A stretch of 64,000 bases of DNA, from contig QCGZ01000002.1 of assembly GCA_003279705.1 (NCBI GenBank), positions 3,620-67,619 of the forward strand, written 5' to 3'. The notes beneath the pieces were generated by a model, which was not told where the DNA came from, ran no database searches, and was given only the letters and a program-made list of their open reading frames with translations. This DNA is from OCS116 cluster bacterium AG-390-I16 (GTDB lineage: Bacteria > Pseudomonadota > Alphaproteobacteria > MED-G09). The translations under genes were made by a program, and so were the position numbers. Shown here piece after piece: positions 1 to 10,408 of this stretch. How positions within the stretch are numbered: position 1 is the first letter of the stretch; each line of letters opens with the position of its first letter.

Positions 1-213
1 TCTAACATCGTTCCCATAAAAACAAATAGCGGAACTGCCATAAGAATTTCATTTGTCATGGTTCCAAATATTCTTTGAGGAATAGCTTTTAAAAACTGCA
101 TTGGGAAAACACCAAAATAATCACCGATAAAAGCGAAAAGTATTGCTGAACCTGCCAATGTAAAGGCTACTGGATAGCCAAGCAAAAGAACAATGCAAGC
201 AAATCCAAACATT
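1..213 (-). CDS. dctM: TRAP transporter large permease (DctM family), N-terminal fragment running off the window
   Basis: Hand translation of the reverse strand from the ATG near 213 gives MFGFACIVLLLGYPVAFTLAGSAILFAFIGDYFGVFPMQFLKAIPQRIFGTMTNEILMAVPLFVFMGTML, a typical DctM N-terminus. It follows dctP-dctQ on the same strand. Confidence 0.8.
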
Positions 214-232
214 AATAAATCTAAATGTTCGA

Positions 233-739
233 TCAATTTTTTATCTCAATTATAACTTTGATATTTCTGTAAATTATTGATATTGCTTGAATTAACAGTA
301 ATAAAGGGAAAATAATCAAAGCTGTTTTCAATAAAAATACTGCATTAAGTCCACTTGTTTCTGGAGAGCCTTCTAAAATTTTCCAAGATCTTTCTACATA
401 AGGAAAACTTGTCGAATAAGTAATAAGACAAAATGGTATTAGAAAAAATAAAGAACCTAAAATATTGATTACTGATTTATACTTATCCGAGGATGCCCTA
501 TAAATTAAATCAACTCTTACATGCTCATCACTCAAAAGCGTATATCCAGCTGCAAGTGTAAAAGATAGTCCGTGAAGATATATTAATAATTCTTGTAGCT
601 TTAAAAAGCCAACACCAAAAATATATCTGGCCATAACAATTATTAATTGAATTATAACCATAAAGACTATGAACCAAGAAATGTATTCCCCAATTACTTT
701 ATTGGATTTATCAAAAAAATTTACAATAGTATTAAGCAA
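233..739 (-). CDS. dctQ: TRAP transporter small permease (DctQ family)
   Basis: 168 aa with four hydrophobic helices, sandwiched between the DctP and DctM genes. TTG start. Confidence 0.8.
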   Translation of the reverse strand: MLNTIVNFFDKSNKVIGEYISWFIVFMVIIQLIIVMARYIFGVGFLKLQELLIYLHGLSFTLAAGYTLLSDEHVRVDLIYRASSDKYKSVINILGSLFFLIPFCLITYSTSFPYVERSWKILEGSPETSGLNAVFLLKTALIIFPLLLLIQAISIIYRNIKVIIEIKN

Positions 740-741
740 AT

Positions 742-1830
742 TTAACCTCTTGCTTTCATATATGCTTGCTCAGACTTAGATGACCATTCTTTAAGTCTAG
801 TCATAGAATCTTTAAAAGATAAAAATATTCTTTTTGAAATTTCAGTTCTTGTAGAAACATCCTCTAAAACTTCATCGGATAATTTTTTAAGTGATTGCAT
901 TATTTCCGGGGAGAATGTTCTCATTTGAACATTGTGTTTATTAATAAGTGTTTCTAAGGCTATTGAATTATGATGATTAAATTCAGCTAAAGTAAAATTA
1001 TTTTCAAAAGCTAGTATTTGCCTTATAATAGACTGTTCAGACTTTGAAAAAGAGTTCCAAGTATCAAGATTAATCCCAGTAGCGAGACCAGCTCCAGGTT
1101 CATGAAAACCAGGCCAATAGTAAAATTTTGCTGCTTGATAAAATGCCAATGATAAATCATTCCAAGGTCCAACCCATTCAGTTGCATCAATTGCACCAGA
1201 TTTTAAACTTGAAAAAATTTCACCACCAGGAATTGCTACTGCAGCAGCTCCAACCTTTCTTAAAACCTCTCCACCTAAACCAGGCATTCTTATTTTTAAT
1301 CCATTTAGGTCTTCAAGGTTTTTTATTTCTTTATTAAACCAACCACCCATTTGAACACCAGTGTTAGCTGATTGGAAAGAAATAACATTAAAATCTTTTG
1401 TAAGTTCATTCCAAAGTTCTTGCCCTCCACCATGATCTATCCAAGCATTTAATTCATTAGCAGTCATTCCAAAGGGAACGGCGGTGAAAAAATTAAACCC
1501 TATATTTTTGCCTTGCCAGTAATACTCAGCACCATTGTACATATCTGCTAATCCACTTGATGCAGCGTCAAACGCTCCAAAGGCAGGTACAAGCTCACCG
1601 GCCGAAAAAACTTTAATTTCAAGTTTGCCTTCTGTGGCCTCCTTTACTCTTAGGGCAATCCTTTCAGGTGACGTTCCTAAACCAGGAAGATTTTTGGGCC
1701 ATGTTGTGACCATATTTAATCTTCTTATATTTTTTGAAATTGCAGGAGTAGAAAACGCAGATCCTATTGCGATTGATGATGCGGCTCCAAGAAGAAAGTT
1801 TCTTCTTCCAAATTTTTTATTTTTTTGCAT
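742..1830 (-). CDS. dctP: TRAP transporter periplasmic solute-binding protein (DctP family) with twin-arginine signal
   Basis: 362 aa. N-terminus is FGRRNFLLGAASSIAIGSAFS (Tat-like). Family-7 solute-binding-protein-like body, and first gene of a P-Q-M operon. Confidence 0.85.
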   Translation of the reverse strand: MQKNKKFGRRNFLLGAASSIAIGSAFSTPAISKNIRRLNMVTTWPKNLPGLGTSPERIALRVKEATEGKLEIKVFSAGELVPAFGAFDAASSGLADMYNGAEYYWQGKNIGFNFFTAVPFGMTANELNAWIDHGGGQELWNELTKDFNVISFQSANTGVQMGGWFNKEIKNLEDLNGLKIRMPGLGGEVLRKVGAAAVAIPGGEIFSSLKSGAIDATEWVGPWNDLSLAFYQAAKFYYWPGFHEPGAGLATGINLDTWNSFSKSEQSIIRQILAFENNFTLAEFNHHNSIALETLINKHNVQMRTFSPEIMQSLKKLSDEVLEDVSTRTEISKRIFLSFKDSMTRLKEWSSKSEQAYMKARG

Positions 1831-1857
1831 TTTTTTCCTAAAATAAGATTAAAAAAA

Positions 1858-2568
1858 CTAAATAGATGTCCAAGTATTATCAATTAAAACTTCAGAAGAA
1901 TTAAAGCTATTTTTATAATCCATTTTACTTGAACCTTCTACCCAATAACCTAAATAAACATATTTTTTACTCATTTCCTTAGCTAATCTGAAGTGGTCTA
2001 TAATTATATACTTACCAAATGAATTTTTAAGAAAAGAGTCAGTATAAAATGAATAAACCATTGATAAAGCTCCCTCTAAAAAATCTGATATAACACAACC
2101 TACTAATTCATCCTTGTAATAATATTCATAGATCTTTGTAATGATACCAGGGGGGGTAAACATTTTACAATAATCATCAAAATTCATTTCATTCATTTCA
2201 CTATCACAGTGTTTAAATTTTAGATATTTTTTAAAAAGTAAAAACTGTTCTTCAGTAGGTTTGTCAGATAGTTTTTTTATAAAAAGATTTTTATTTTTAT
2301 TTAAAATTCTTTTATTACTTTTTGATAATGTAAATTCATTTACATTTATTCTTATCGATCTGCATGAATTGCAATTTGCACACACTTGATTATATAAAAT
2401 ATTATGACTTCTTCTAAAACCATTTTTAATAAGAAACTCATATTCGTTTGACTTGTTAATATCATTCATTATCAAAAATATTTTTTTTTCATCTCTATTA
2501 GTTAGATATGGGCAGGGCTCTGTATTTGATAGATAAAAGTCATGATTATTTTTATTTATTTTATTCAT
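1858..2568 (-). CDS. bpt: arginyl/leucyl-tRNA--protein transferase family (Bpt, N-end rule)
   Basis: 236 aa with the CPYL motif near the N-terminus and GFRRS...Y...C..C..C..R, characteristic of the ATE_N/ATE_C domains. Confidence 0.8.
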   Translation of the reverse strand: MNKINKNNHDFYLSNTEPCPYLTNRDEKKIFLIMNDINKSNEYEFLIKNGFRRSHNILYNQVCANCNSCRSIRINVNEFTLSKSNKRILNKNKNLFIKKLSDKPTEEQFLLFKKYLKFKHCDSEMNEMNFDDYCKMFTPPGIITKIYEYYYKDELVGCVISDFLEGALSMVYSFYTDSFLKNSFGKYIIIDHFRLAKEMSKKYVYLGYWVEGSSKMDYKNSFNSSEVLIDNTWTSI

Positions 2569-2577
2569 TATTATTCT

Positions 2578-4398
2578 TTAAAAACCCATATATGTAATCA
2601 TTAAAGTATAAGTGAGCCAAAGTATTATTACTAATGGAATTCCTGAAATTAGGAAATCTTTAAATTTATAATTTCCTGGACCCATAACCATTAAATTTGT
2701 CTGATAACCCATGGGTGTTGCGAACGAACAGTTTGCAGCAAAAATTATGCAGTAAATAAATGGTTCTGGTTCCATTTTTAAATCTAAAGCTAAACTTATT
2801 GCTATAGGCGTAAATAAAACTGCTGTAGCATTGTTACTAATAAAATTAGTAATAATCGCTACAAAGATGAAAAGAATTGATAAGACAGCTATAATAGATA
2901 AATCTAATGTTAAATCATAAATGCTATCTGCTAAAAATTTTGCGCCACCTGTTTCTTGAAGAGCAATTGACAGCATAATTGTTGACGCAACTAATAAATA
3001 AATTCTTGGATCAAGTGACATAACAGCATCTTTTACATTTAAAACTCTAAAAATTAGCATTAAGGCAGCCCCCATAACAGCTGCAGCGGTGATATTAAAG
3101 AGACCTGATGATGCAAGAAAAATTGTAGCTACAAATATTAATCTCGCTCTCAAAGCAAATAATTTTGATGGAAGGTATATTGTTGACCATTCAATTGGAA
3201 AGATATCTTTAATACCTCTAAGCGATCTTATTGATTTTTCAGATCCTTTTAAAAGAATAATATTTCCTGGATTAAGCTTAAGTGAGTCTAAAGTTTCAAT
3301 CTCTGTACTTACCCCCTGTTGAATTCCTACAACTTTACAGTTTACCTCACTTTCAAAATTAGTTTGATTTAAGCTTCTGCCAATTAAAAATGAACCAGGA
3401 GTAATTGCAGCCTCAATTATAATCTCTGGTTTAGTTGTTTCAGATAGGGTGCTTATACTATCAAAAATTGGATCATTCCTTTTTAAGGCATTTGTTAAAT
3501 TACCTTTTGTAATTGATAATGTAATTTTATCATTAAATTCTATTTCTAAATCATCGTAAGGTGGTAATAATTTTTTTTTGTTTCTTGTTATAAGACTAAT
3601 TGAACAATTTTCCATTTCAGGTAATAGTCCTGAGATAAATTTTTTACCAATTAATGGATTACCACCTTCGATTAAAATTTCTACAATGTATTGCTTACCA
3701 TCATTTTGAAAATCATCTATATTTTCATTATCTTTCTTATTAAAAGTCTTGAGAATAATTGGTAACAAAAAGGTAGCATAAATAAAGCCCACAAGAGCAA
3801 GAATCATTCCTTGTTTAGTAAAATCAAAGAAACCAATTTCCTTTCCTATTGTAGAATAAACTGAACCAGAAACGAGAAGATTTGTTGAGGAACCTATCAA
3901 TGTTGTCATCCCACCTAAAATACAGACATATGAAAGTGGAATAAGTATATATTTTGATGGTTGGTCTAACTGTTTACACAATGATAAAATTATTGGAATA
4001 AACATAACTATTATTGGGGTATTATTTAACAACGCACTTAAAATAAAAACCAAAAACATTACTGATATGAATTTAATTTGGGTGTTATGAGATTTATCTC
4101 CTGATATCCAAACGGCAATATCTTCAAGAGCCCCAGTAACAAGCAATCCATGGCCGATAATAAGTAAACACATTAAAGCTATTAATGCAGGATTTGCAAA
4201 TCCCCTCAATATGACCTCTAAAGAAACAGGTACACCTGAAACAGCTCCCAAAATTGGACTATTCTGGAATATTATTATTAAAATACTTATTATAGCTAAT
4301 GATGTTATTTCAATAGGTATTTTATCTATAGAGAATAAAATTACGCTTATGAATATTAAACCAAAAATAAACCACATATATAAATCAACAGAAAACAT
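2578..4398 (-). CDS. SLC13/DASS-type anion permease with central TrkA-C domains
   Basis: 606 aa. Hydrophobic N- and C-terminal halves flank a roughly 200-aa soluble insert, the architecture of TrkA-C-containing ArsB/NhaD-superfamily transporters. Confidence 0.7.
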   Translation of the reverse strand: MFSVDLYMWFIFGLIFISVILFSIDKIPIEITSLAIISILIIIFQNSPILGAVSGVPVSLEVILRGFANPALIALMCLLIIGHGLLVTGALEDIAVWISGDKSHNTQIKFISVMFLVFILSALLNNTPIIVMFIPIILSLCKQLDQPSKYILIPLSYVCILGGMTTLIGSSTNLLVSGSVYSTIGKEIGFFDFTKQGMILALVGFIYATFLLPIILKTFNKKDNENIDDFQNDGKQYIVEILIEGGNPLIGKKFISGLLPEMENCSISLITRNKKKLLPPYDDLEIEFNDKITLSITKGNLTNALKRNDPIFDSISTLSETTKPEIIIEAAITPGSFLIGRSLNQTNFESEVNCKVVGIQQGVSTEIETLDSLKLNPGNIILLKGSEKSIRSLRGIKDIFPIEWSTIYLPSKLFALRARLIFVATIFLASSGLFNITAAAVMGAALMLIFRVLNVKDAVMSLDPRIYLLVASTIMLSIALQETGGAKFLADSIYDLTLDLSIIAVLSILFIFVAIITNFISNNATAVLFTPIAISLALDLKMEPEPFIYCIIFAANCSFATPMGYQTNLMVMGPGNYKFKDFLISGIPLVIILWLTYTLMITYMGF

Positions 4399-4405
4399 AT
4401 TATTT

Positions 4406-4843
4406 CTAGCTCAATAAGTTAAATTTTGTTTTAAAGATATAGTCATGAATACATTTTCTCTCATCATTTACTAGAGGAATTATTAAAGAAATTAACAAAA
4501 CTAAACCAATAGGAGTTACTATAAAAAACAGAAAATTATAAATTAATAATTCTTTAGTGTTTAGTTTCTTATTTTTATTATTAACTAATCCTATCTTAAA
4601 AATTTTCATACCAAATGTTGAGCCATTTTCATTTCCTATTGAAAAAGAGTAATAACTTACAATTACTACTGGAATAATAAATAAAATTGCCACGTTAAAT
4701 AAGTTTAATGTAAAAAAATTAATAATTTTGAAAATAATAACCGTGATTGTTATTAACGACAAGCATATCAATAGATCGAGAATACATGCCTTTATTCTGT
4801 TAATCAGTATTTGATCATAATATGTTAATTTATAATTTTTCAT
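4406..4843 (-). CDS. RDD family membrane protein
   Basis: 145 aa with three TM segments. N-terminal R..A.ILDLL and C-terminal IHDYIFKT fit the R-D-D pattern. Confidence 0.55.
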   Translation of the reverse strand: MKNYKLTYYDQILINRIKACILDLLICLSLITITVIIFKIINFFTLNLFNVAILFIIPVVIVSYYSFSIGNENGSTFGMKIFKIGLVNNKNKKLNTKELLIYNFLFFIVTPIGLVLLISLIIPLVNDERKCIHDYIFKTKFNLLS

Positions 4844-4974
4844 TAATTTATAAAAATAAATATTATTTATACTTTATCAGAAATATAAAAGAATCTGTAT
4901 ATATTAAATTTTATTATATTTATAAAATTACATGTTTTTATTATTTAGGTTTACATTTTAAAGTACTGATTATA

Positions 4975-5727
4975 ATGATTAATTCTAATTTTCTTAACAA
5001 TAATTTTCTTGCTTTTGCTCATAGGGGTGGAAATGATTTTGGCCCAGAAAACTCACTTAAATCATTTATGTGCGCATATGAAATTGGATATAAATATCTT
5101 GAAACAGACGTTCATCTCTCAAAGGATGGTTATTTAGTAGCATTCCATGATGAAAGTCTTGATAGAGTAACAAATAAGAGTGGTCTTATAAAAGACCTGA
5201 ATTTAACTGATATAAAAAAGGCAAAAATTAACAATATCGAAGAAATTCCTCTGTTGATTGACCTTTTAGAGAATTTGCCAGATTGCTTTTTTAATATTGA
5301 CTGTAAATCTGATGATACAGTTGTGCCCTTAATAAATTTAATTAAAAAATATTCATTATTAGACAGAGTATGTATAGGTTCTTTTTCTCAAAAAAGAATA
5401 AATTTTATTCGAAAATCGTTAGGTCCCAATGTAAAAACATCAATGGGACCTAATGAAATTTTATTTGCTAAAATTTTATCTAACTTATCTGTTGTTAGAA
5501 ATTTTAAATCAACCTATGCATCTTTACCCATGAGAAGATATGGCGTTAATTTACTTAATGAAAAATATATAAATTTTCTAAAAAGTAATAATCAAAAAGT
5601 AATTGCATGGACTATAAATAATGAAAGTGAGATGAGGCTTTTAATTAAAAGGGGTGTTGACGGAATAATGACAGATAAAATTCTCTTGTTAAAAAATATT
5701 CTTATTGAAGAAAATAAGTGGAAATAA
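4975..5727 (+). CDS. glycerophosphodiester phosphodiesterase family protein
   Basis: FAHRGG...ENS...LETDVHLSKDG..VAFHD motifs. The ORF-track start at 4822 adds 51 low-complexity residues, so the ATG at 4975 is preferred. Confidence 0.85.
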   Translation: MINSNFLNNNFLAFAHRGGNDFGPENSLKSFMCAYEIGYKYLETDVHLSKDGYLVAFHDESLDRVTNKSGLIKDLNLTDIKKAKINNIEEIPLLIDLLENLPDCFFNIDCKSDDTVVPLINLIKKYSLLDRVCIGSFSQKRINFIRKSLGPNVKTSMGPNEILFAKILSNLSVVRNFKSTYASLPMRRYGVNLLNEKYINFLKSNNQKVIAWTINNESEMRLLIKRGVDGIMTDKILLLKNILIEENKWK

Positions 5728-5794
5728 GCATATAACTTGTGTTAAATTGCAAATAATTATACAAAATATTGTGTCATTTATATAGAAAGTTCAA

Positions 5795-7096
5795 ATGGAA
5801 AAAAAATTAGATAATATTACTCCCGAAGGTTTTTTCGATAATAACCTTGAGAAAGCTGATAAAGATATTTTTTCAGCAATGGCTAAAGAATTACATCGTC
5901 AACAAAGCCAAATAGAGCTGATAGCATCAGAAAATATTGTTTCTAAGGCAGTTTTAGAGGCTCAAGGTTCTATAATGACTAATAAATATGCTGAAGGATA
6001 TCCATCTAGGCGATATTATGGGGGTTGTGAATATGTTGATATTGCCGAAGAATTGGCAATTGAGAGAGCTTGCAGTTTATTTGAAGTTAATTTTGCAAAT
6101 GTTCAGCCTCACTCTGGCTCACAAGCAAACCAAGCAGTTTATACTGCATTATTAATGCCTGGTGATACTATTTTAGGTATGAGTTTAGCTGCAGGAGGTC
6201 ATTTAACTCATGGAGCAAAGCCTAACCAATCGGGTAAATGGTTTAACTCAGTTCAATATGGTGTAAGAAAAACTGATAGTTTAATTGATATTGATGAAGT
6301 CAAAGAATTGGCAATTAAACATAAGCCTAAGTTAATAATTGCAGGTGGATCTGCTTATCCAAGACATATTAATTTTAAAGATTTTCGAGAAATTGCAGAT
6401 TTAGTTGGAGCCTATCTTTTAGTTGATATGGCTCATTTTTCTGGTTTAGTTGCTGGTAAATCACATCCAAATCCATTTCCTTATGCTGATGTTGCTACAA
6501 CTACAACACATAAAGTACTAAGGGGGCCTAGAGGTGGTCTTATACTTACTAATAATGAAGAAATTTCAAAGAAAATAAATTCAGCTATTTTTCCTGGTAT
6601 TCAAGGTGGCCCTCTTATGCATACAATTGCTGCTAAAGCAGTTTCATTTGGCGAAAGTTTACAACCAGAATTTCATTTATACACTGAAAATGTTCTTAAA
6701 AATGCAAATGCTCTATCATCCACTCTCATGAATGATGGATTTGATATTGTTTCTGGTGGTACAGACACTCATATCGTTTTAGTAGATTTAAGGCCAAAAG
6801 GTATAAAAGGTAACATTGCCGAGGAGTCTCTTGGAAGGGCGGGAATAACTTGTAATAAAAACAGTGTACCATTTGATCCTGAAAAGCCAATGATTACCTC
6901 AGGAATAAGACTAGGGTCTCCAGCTTGTACAACACGAGGCTTTAATGTCTCAGAATTTAATATTGTTGGTGATTTAATTTGTGAGGTTCTTAATTCTATT
7001 TCTAATAATAACAATGAACCAGTTGAAGAAGTTGAAAAGGGCGTTAAAATCAAAGTTGAAAAACTTTGTAGTAAATTTCCTATATACGAGAAATAA
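5795..7096 (+). CDS. glyA: serine hydroxymethyltransferase
   Basis: 433 aa with ELIASEN, YAEGYP..RYYGGC and the [17 protein letters not shown]-lysine motif. Confidence 0.97.
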   Translation: MEKKLDNITPEGFFDNNLEKADKDIFSAMAKELHRQQSQIELIASENIVSKAVLEAQGSIMTNKYAEGYPSRRYYGGCEYVDIAEELAIERACSLFEVNFANVQPHSGSQANQAVYTALLMPGDTILGMSLAAGGHLTHGAKPNQSGKWFNSVQYGVRKTDSLIDIDEVKELAIKHKPKLIIAGGSAYPRHINFKDFREIADLVGAYLLVDMAHFSGLVAGKSHPNPFPYADVATTTTHKVLRGPRGGLILTNNEEISKKINSAIFPGIQGGPLMHTIAAKAVSFGESLQPEFHLYTENVLKNANALSSTLMNDGFDIVSGGTDTHIVLVDLRPKGIKGNIAEESLGRAGITCNKNSVPFDPEKPMITSGIRLGSPACTTRGFNVSEFNIVGDLICEVLNSISNNNNEPVEEVEKGVKIKVEKLCSKFPIYEK

Positions 7097-7572
7097 TGAT
7101 GCAATGTCCTTTTTGTAATAATCAAGAAACACAAGTACGTGACTCAAGACCTACAGAGGAAAATTCTGCAATTAGAAGAAGGCGCCAATGTCTTGCTTGT
7201 GGTGGACGTTTTACTACTTTTGAAAGAATACAAATGAGAGATTTGACGGTTGTCAAACGATCAGGAAAAAGGGCTCCTTTTGATAGGGATAAACTTATGA
7301 GATCTGTAGATATTTCTGTTAGAAAAAGAAATATTGATCCAGATGTTATTGAAAGAATGGTTACCGGTATCGTTAGACAGCTTGAGAGCACAGGTGAAAC
7401 AGATATACCATCAAATTTAATCGGCAGCTTAATTATGGCGGCATTAAGAGAGGTTGATATGGTTTCTTATGTAAGGTTTGCTTCTGTTTATAAAAATTTT
7501 CGTGAAGTTAAAGACTTTGAAGATTTTGTTGGAGAGTTAGGGAATCCTTCTGAGATAATTCATGAAGACTAA
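7096..7572 (+). CDS. nrdR: transcriptional repressor NrdR
   Basis: CPFC...C..C zinc ribbon followed by an ATP-cone, 158 aa. Confidence 0.95.
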   Translation: MMQCPFCNNQETQVRDSRPTEENSAIRRRRQCLACGGRFTTFERIQMRDLTVVKRSGKRAPFDRDKLMRSVDISVRKRNIDPDVIERMVTGIVRQLESTGETDIPSNLIGSLIMAALREVDMVSYVRFASVYKNFREVKDFEDFVGELGNPSEIIHED

Positions 7573-7596
7573 TCTATGGTTTTTTTGTTTTAAATA

Positions 7597-8700
7597 ATGA
7601 AATATTATCAAAATGATAGCTTTTTTATGGACTATGCAATTAGGCTCGCATCAAGAAATATTGGAAATACAGGGGAAAATCCCTCTGTAGGGTGTGTTAT
7701 TGCCAGTGAGAATAAAATTGTAAGCATTGGAGTTACTGGAAGAAATGGTTCGCCTCATGCTGAATTTAATGCAATAAATAATATAAAAAACTTTCCAAAA
7801 AATACCACTGCTTATGTAACTTTAGAACCATGCTCACATATTGGTAAAAATCCTTCATGTGCAAAATTATTAATAGAAAAACAAGTAAAAAGGGTTGTTA
7901 TAGCTCAGAAAGATCCTAACCCTCTTGTTAATGGAAAAGGGATTGAACTTTTAAAGGCTAATGGTGTTCATGTTGATCTTGAAGATTATGATAAAATAGC
8001 TTTAAAAAATCATTATGGTTTTATAAGTAATATAAAAAATAAACACCCAGAAATTAATGTCAAAGTTGCATCTTATAAAAATGGGCTAACTATTCCTAAA
8101 AAAGGTATGACATGGATAACAAATCATTTGTCGAGATCTTATGGGCATATTTTAAGATCCAATCATGATGCAATTATGGTCGGAATAAACACTGTTTTAG
8201 CTGATAATCCCTCTTTGGATTGTAGATTAAATGGGTTAAAAGACAGATCGCCAATAAAGATTATAATCGATACTAATTTTAAAACCCCTGAAGATTCAAA
8301 GTTAGTTAAATACTCCAAAAATGATTTAATTATTTTTACTAACATATTGAAAAGTAAGAAAATTAGTCAATTTAAAAATAAAGGGATTAATGTTATTTAT
8401 ATAAATAAAAATGAAAAAGGTTTTCTTGAAATTAAAGAGATTTTATCTTTTTTAAATAAAATGAGTATTAATAGATTGCTAATCGAAGGCGGCTCAACAC
8501 TTTCAAGTACCTTTGTCGAGAAAAAATTGGTAAATTTAATTTATTGGTTTTCCTCTGAGAAAAATGCTAGCGAAGATAAATTACTGAATAAAAGCGATAA
8601 AAAACTCAACAAGATTAGATATAGTCATAAATTTTTGTTAAAAGATTGTATTAATTTACGAGATAATAAGCTAGAGATCTTTAGCTCAAAGAAGGATTAA
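7597..8700 (+). CDS. ribD: bifunctional riboflavin biosynthesis deaminase/reductase RibD
   Basis: HAEFNA...PCSHIGK..PC deaminase motif plus a C-terminal RibD_C-like reductase half, 367 aa. Confidence 0.92.
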   Translation: MKYYQNDSFFMDYAIRLASRNIGNTGENPSVGCVIASENKIVSIGVTGRNGSPHAEFNAINNIKNFPKNTTAYVTLEPCSHIGKNPSCAKLLIEKQVKRVVIAQKDPNPLVNGKGIELLKANGVHVDLEDYDKIALKNHYGFISNIKNKHPEINVKVASYKNGLTIPKKGMTWITNHLSRSYGHILRSNHDAIMVGINTVLADNPSLDCRLNGLKDRSPIKIIIDTNFKTPEDSKLVKYSKNDLIIFTNILKSKKISQFKNKGINVIYINKNEKGFLEIKEILSFLNKMSINRLLIEGGSTLSSTFVEKKLVNLIYWFSSEKNASEDKLLNKSDKKLNKIRYSHKFLLKDCINLRDNKLEIFSSKKD

Positions 8701-8704
8701 TATT

Positions 8705-9304
8705 TTGTTTACAGGAATAATTACTGATGTTGGTGAAATAGAGTCAATTAATTTAGATAATGGTAAAATTAAAATATCATCAATATTCAATCATGAGGAT
8801 ATTGATCTCGGCGCGTCTATTTGTTGTTCAGGAATTTGTTTAACAGTTGTTGAAAAAAATAAATTTAACGATAATTCTTATTTTTGCTTTGAAGTATCAC
8901 AAGAAACTATTTCTAGATCTTCTGTAAAGTTTTGGAAAAATCATACTAAAGTTAATTTAGAAAAGAGTTTAAAGTTTGGAGATGAGGTTGGTGGACATTT
9001 AGTTACCGGTCATGTTGATTGTTTGGGTGAAATCGACTCAATCATAAAATCAAAAAATAGTAATGTTTTTAAAATAAAATATCCTAATAAGTATAAAAAG
9101 TTTGTCGCTTCAAAAGGATCTATATGCTTGGATGGTATTTCACTGACAATAAATGATGTTTTTGATGATTTTTTTTCAGTAAATATTATACCTCATACTG
9201 AAGAAAATACTTCATGGAGTAGTGTTAGCAAGGGTGATAGTGTAAATATTGAATTTGATGTATTGGCTAGGTATGTTTCAAGACAGCTTGAGGAAAGATT
9301 ATGA
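8705..9304 (+). CDS. ribE: riboflavin synthase alpha chain
   Basis: Canonical MFTGIITDVG N-terminus (TTG start) and duplicated lumazine-binding repeats, 199 aa. Confidence 0.93.
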   Translation: MFTGIITDVGEIESINLDNGKIKISSIFNHEDIDLGASICCSGICLTVVEKNKFNDNSYFCFEVSQETISRSSVKFWKNHTKVNLEKSLKFGDEVGGHLVTGHVDCLGEIDSIIKSKNSNVFKIKYPNKYKKFVASKGSICLDGISLTINDVFDDFFSVNIIPHTEENTSWSSVSKGDSVNIEFDVLARYVSRQLEERL

Positions 9305-10407
9305 AGAAATATATTTCACCCATAGAAGATATTATCTCTGAAGCATCAAAGGGTAATATGTTTATTCTTGTAGATGCTGAAGATAGAGAAAATGAGGGTG
9401 ACCTTGTTATATCTGCAGAAGATGCAAATGCCGATATTATTAATTTTATGGCTAAAAATGGTAGAGGTTTAATCTGCTTGGCATTAAATGAAGATAAGGT
9501 AGAAAATCTTGGATTGTCACTAATGTCTTCAAATAATAAATCAAGGCATGAGACAGCATTCACTGTTTCTATTGAGGCCAGAGAGGGTGTTACTACAGGT
9601 ATTTCTGCTCATGATAGAGCTTTGACAATTGCAACTGCAATCTCAGGAAATACCAAAAGTACAGATATTGTTACACCTGGTCACGTTTTTCCTATTAAAG
9701 CACGTCCTGGTGGTGTTTTGGTTAGAGCTGGTCATACTGAAGCAGCTGTTGATATAGCAAAACTTGCTGGTAAAAATCCATCTGGTGTTATTTGTGAAAT
9801 AATGAATGATGATGGAACAATGGCAAGACTTCCAGAATTAATTGAAGTTGCAAAAAAATTTAATTTAAAAATTGGAACAATTGCCGACTTAATATCATAT
9901 AGAATTAATAATGATCATATAATTACTAGAGTTCAGAGTGAAAAAATAGAGAGTGAATTTGGTGGAGAATGGGACTGCATTGTTTATAAAAATGATCTTG
10001 ATAAAGCAGAGCATATTGCCCTTGTAAAAGGAAGAATTAATTCTAATGATGTTATTCCTGTAAGAGTTCATTCTGTAAATATTTTTGAAGATTTAATATC
10101 AATAAATCCTAATCGAAAGAATTTAATTTCAAAATCAATGGACTTAATTAGTGATCTCGACTCTGGTGTAATAATACTAGTTAGAGATACAAATGATGAT
10201 GCTTTATCAAACCTTCTTAAAAAATATTCAGGTAATAATTTGAAGCAAGATAATAAATTGAAGGAATATGGTGTTGGAGCTCAAATACTTATTGACTTGG
10301 GTGTAAAGAAAATGAGTTTAATTTCAGATACCAATGCAATGCCAATTAATCTGGAGGGTTATGATTTAGAAATTTCCGATAGACAGCCTCTTGAGGATAA
10401 TAATTAA
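9301..10407 (+). CDS. ribB: 3,4-dihydroxy-2-butanone-4-phosphate synthase fused to a degenerate GTP cyclohydrolase II-like domain (RibBX-type)
   Basis: The N-terminal half has DRENEGDL and GHTEAAVD motifs. The C-terminal half aligns to RibA (RVHS..., YGVGAQILIDLGV) but lacks the three zinc cysteines. Confidence 0.88.
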   Translation: MKKYISPIEDIISEASKGNMFILVDAEDRENEGDLVISAEDANADIINFMAKNGRGLICLALNEDKVENLGLSLMSSNNKSRHETAFTVSIEAREGVTTGISAHDRALTIATAISGNTKSTDIVTPGHVFPIKARPGGVLVRAGHTEAAVDIAKLAGKNPSGVICEIMNDDGTMARLPELIEVAKKFNLKIGTIADLISYRINNDHIITRVQSEKIESEFGGEWDCIVYKNDLDKAEHIALVKGRINSNDVIPVRVHSVNIFEDLISINPNRKNLISKSMDLISDLDSGVIILVRDTNDDALSNLLKKYSGNNLKQDNKLKEYGVGAQILIDLGVKKMSLISDTNAMPINLEGYDLEISDRQPLEDNN

Positions 10408-10408
10408 T

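Noticed and set aside
233-240. My hand reading of the dctQ 3' end did not reproduce the ORF-track stop codon position
   Set aside because: The discrepancy is a one-T difference in a T-run and most likely reflects my own miscount. The ORF-track coordinates were kept and no frameshift is claimed.
1128-1846. Plus-strand ORFs 1128-1337 and 1535-1846 inside the dctP gene
   Set aside because: They lie antisense to a confidently identified gene, have low-complexity composition and no ribosome-binding site. The same reasoning applies to these antisense or out-of-frame ORFs inside recognised genes: 3089-3322, 4211-4417, 6769-7134, 7122-7391, 8163-8345, 9267-9563, 11006-11266, 12735-12950, 14714-14959, 16401-16640, 18688-18903, 19308-19556, 23308-23658, 23686-24039, 25421-25648, 28431-28661, 30419-30685, 34496-34708, 35258-35443, 36848-37030, 37269-37508, 46868-47053, 46917-47204, 48554-48790, 49583-49780, 49994-50176, 52044-52229, 52702-52965, 52918-53103, 55673-55882, 57010-57240 and 58033-58437.
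4822-4974. 51-codon N-terminal extension of the phosphodiesterase ORF
   Set aside because: The extension is Y/I/K-rich translation of the divergent promoter region and overlaps the start of the RDD gene. The conserved domain begins right after the ATG at 4975.
7573-10408. FMN riboswitch in the riboflavin gene cluster
   Set aside because: Intergenic gaps are 0-25 nt, too short for an FMN element of roughly 130 nt or more. Likewise the 67-nt spacer before glyA cannot hold a glycine riboswitch.
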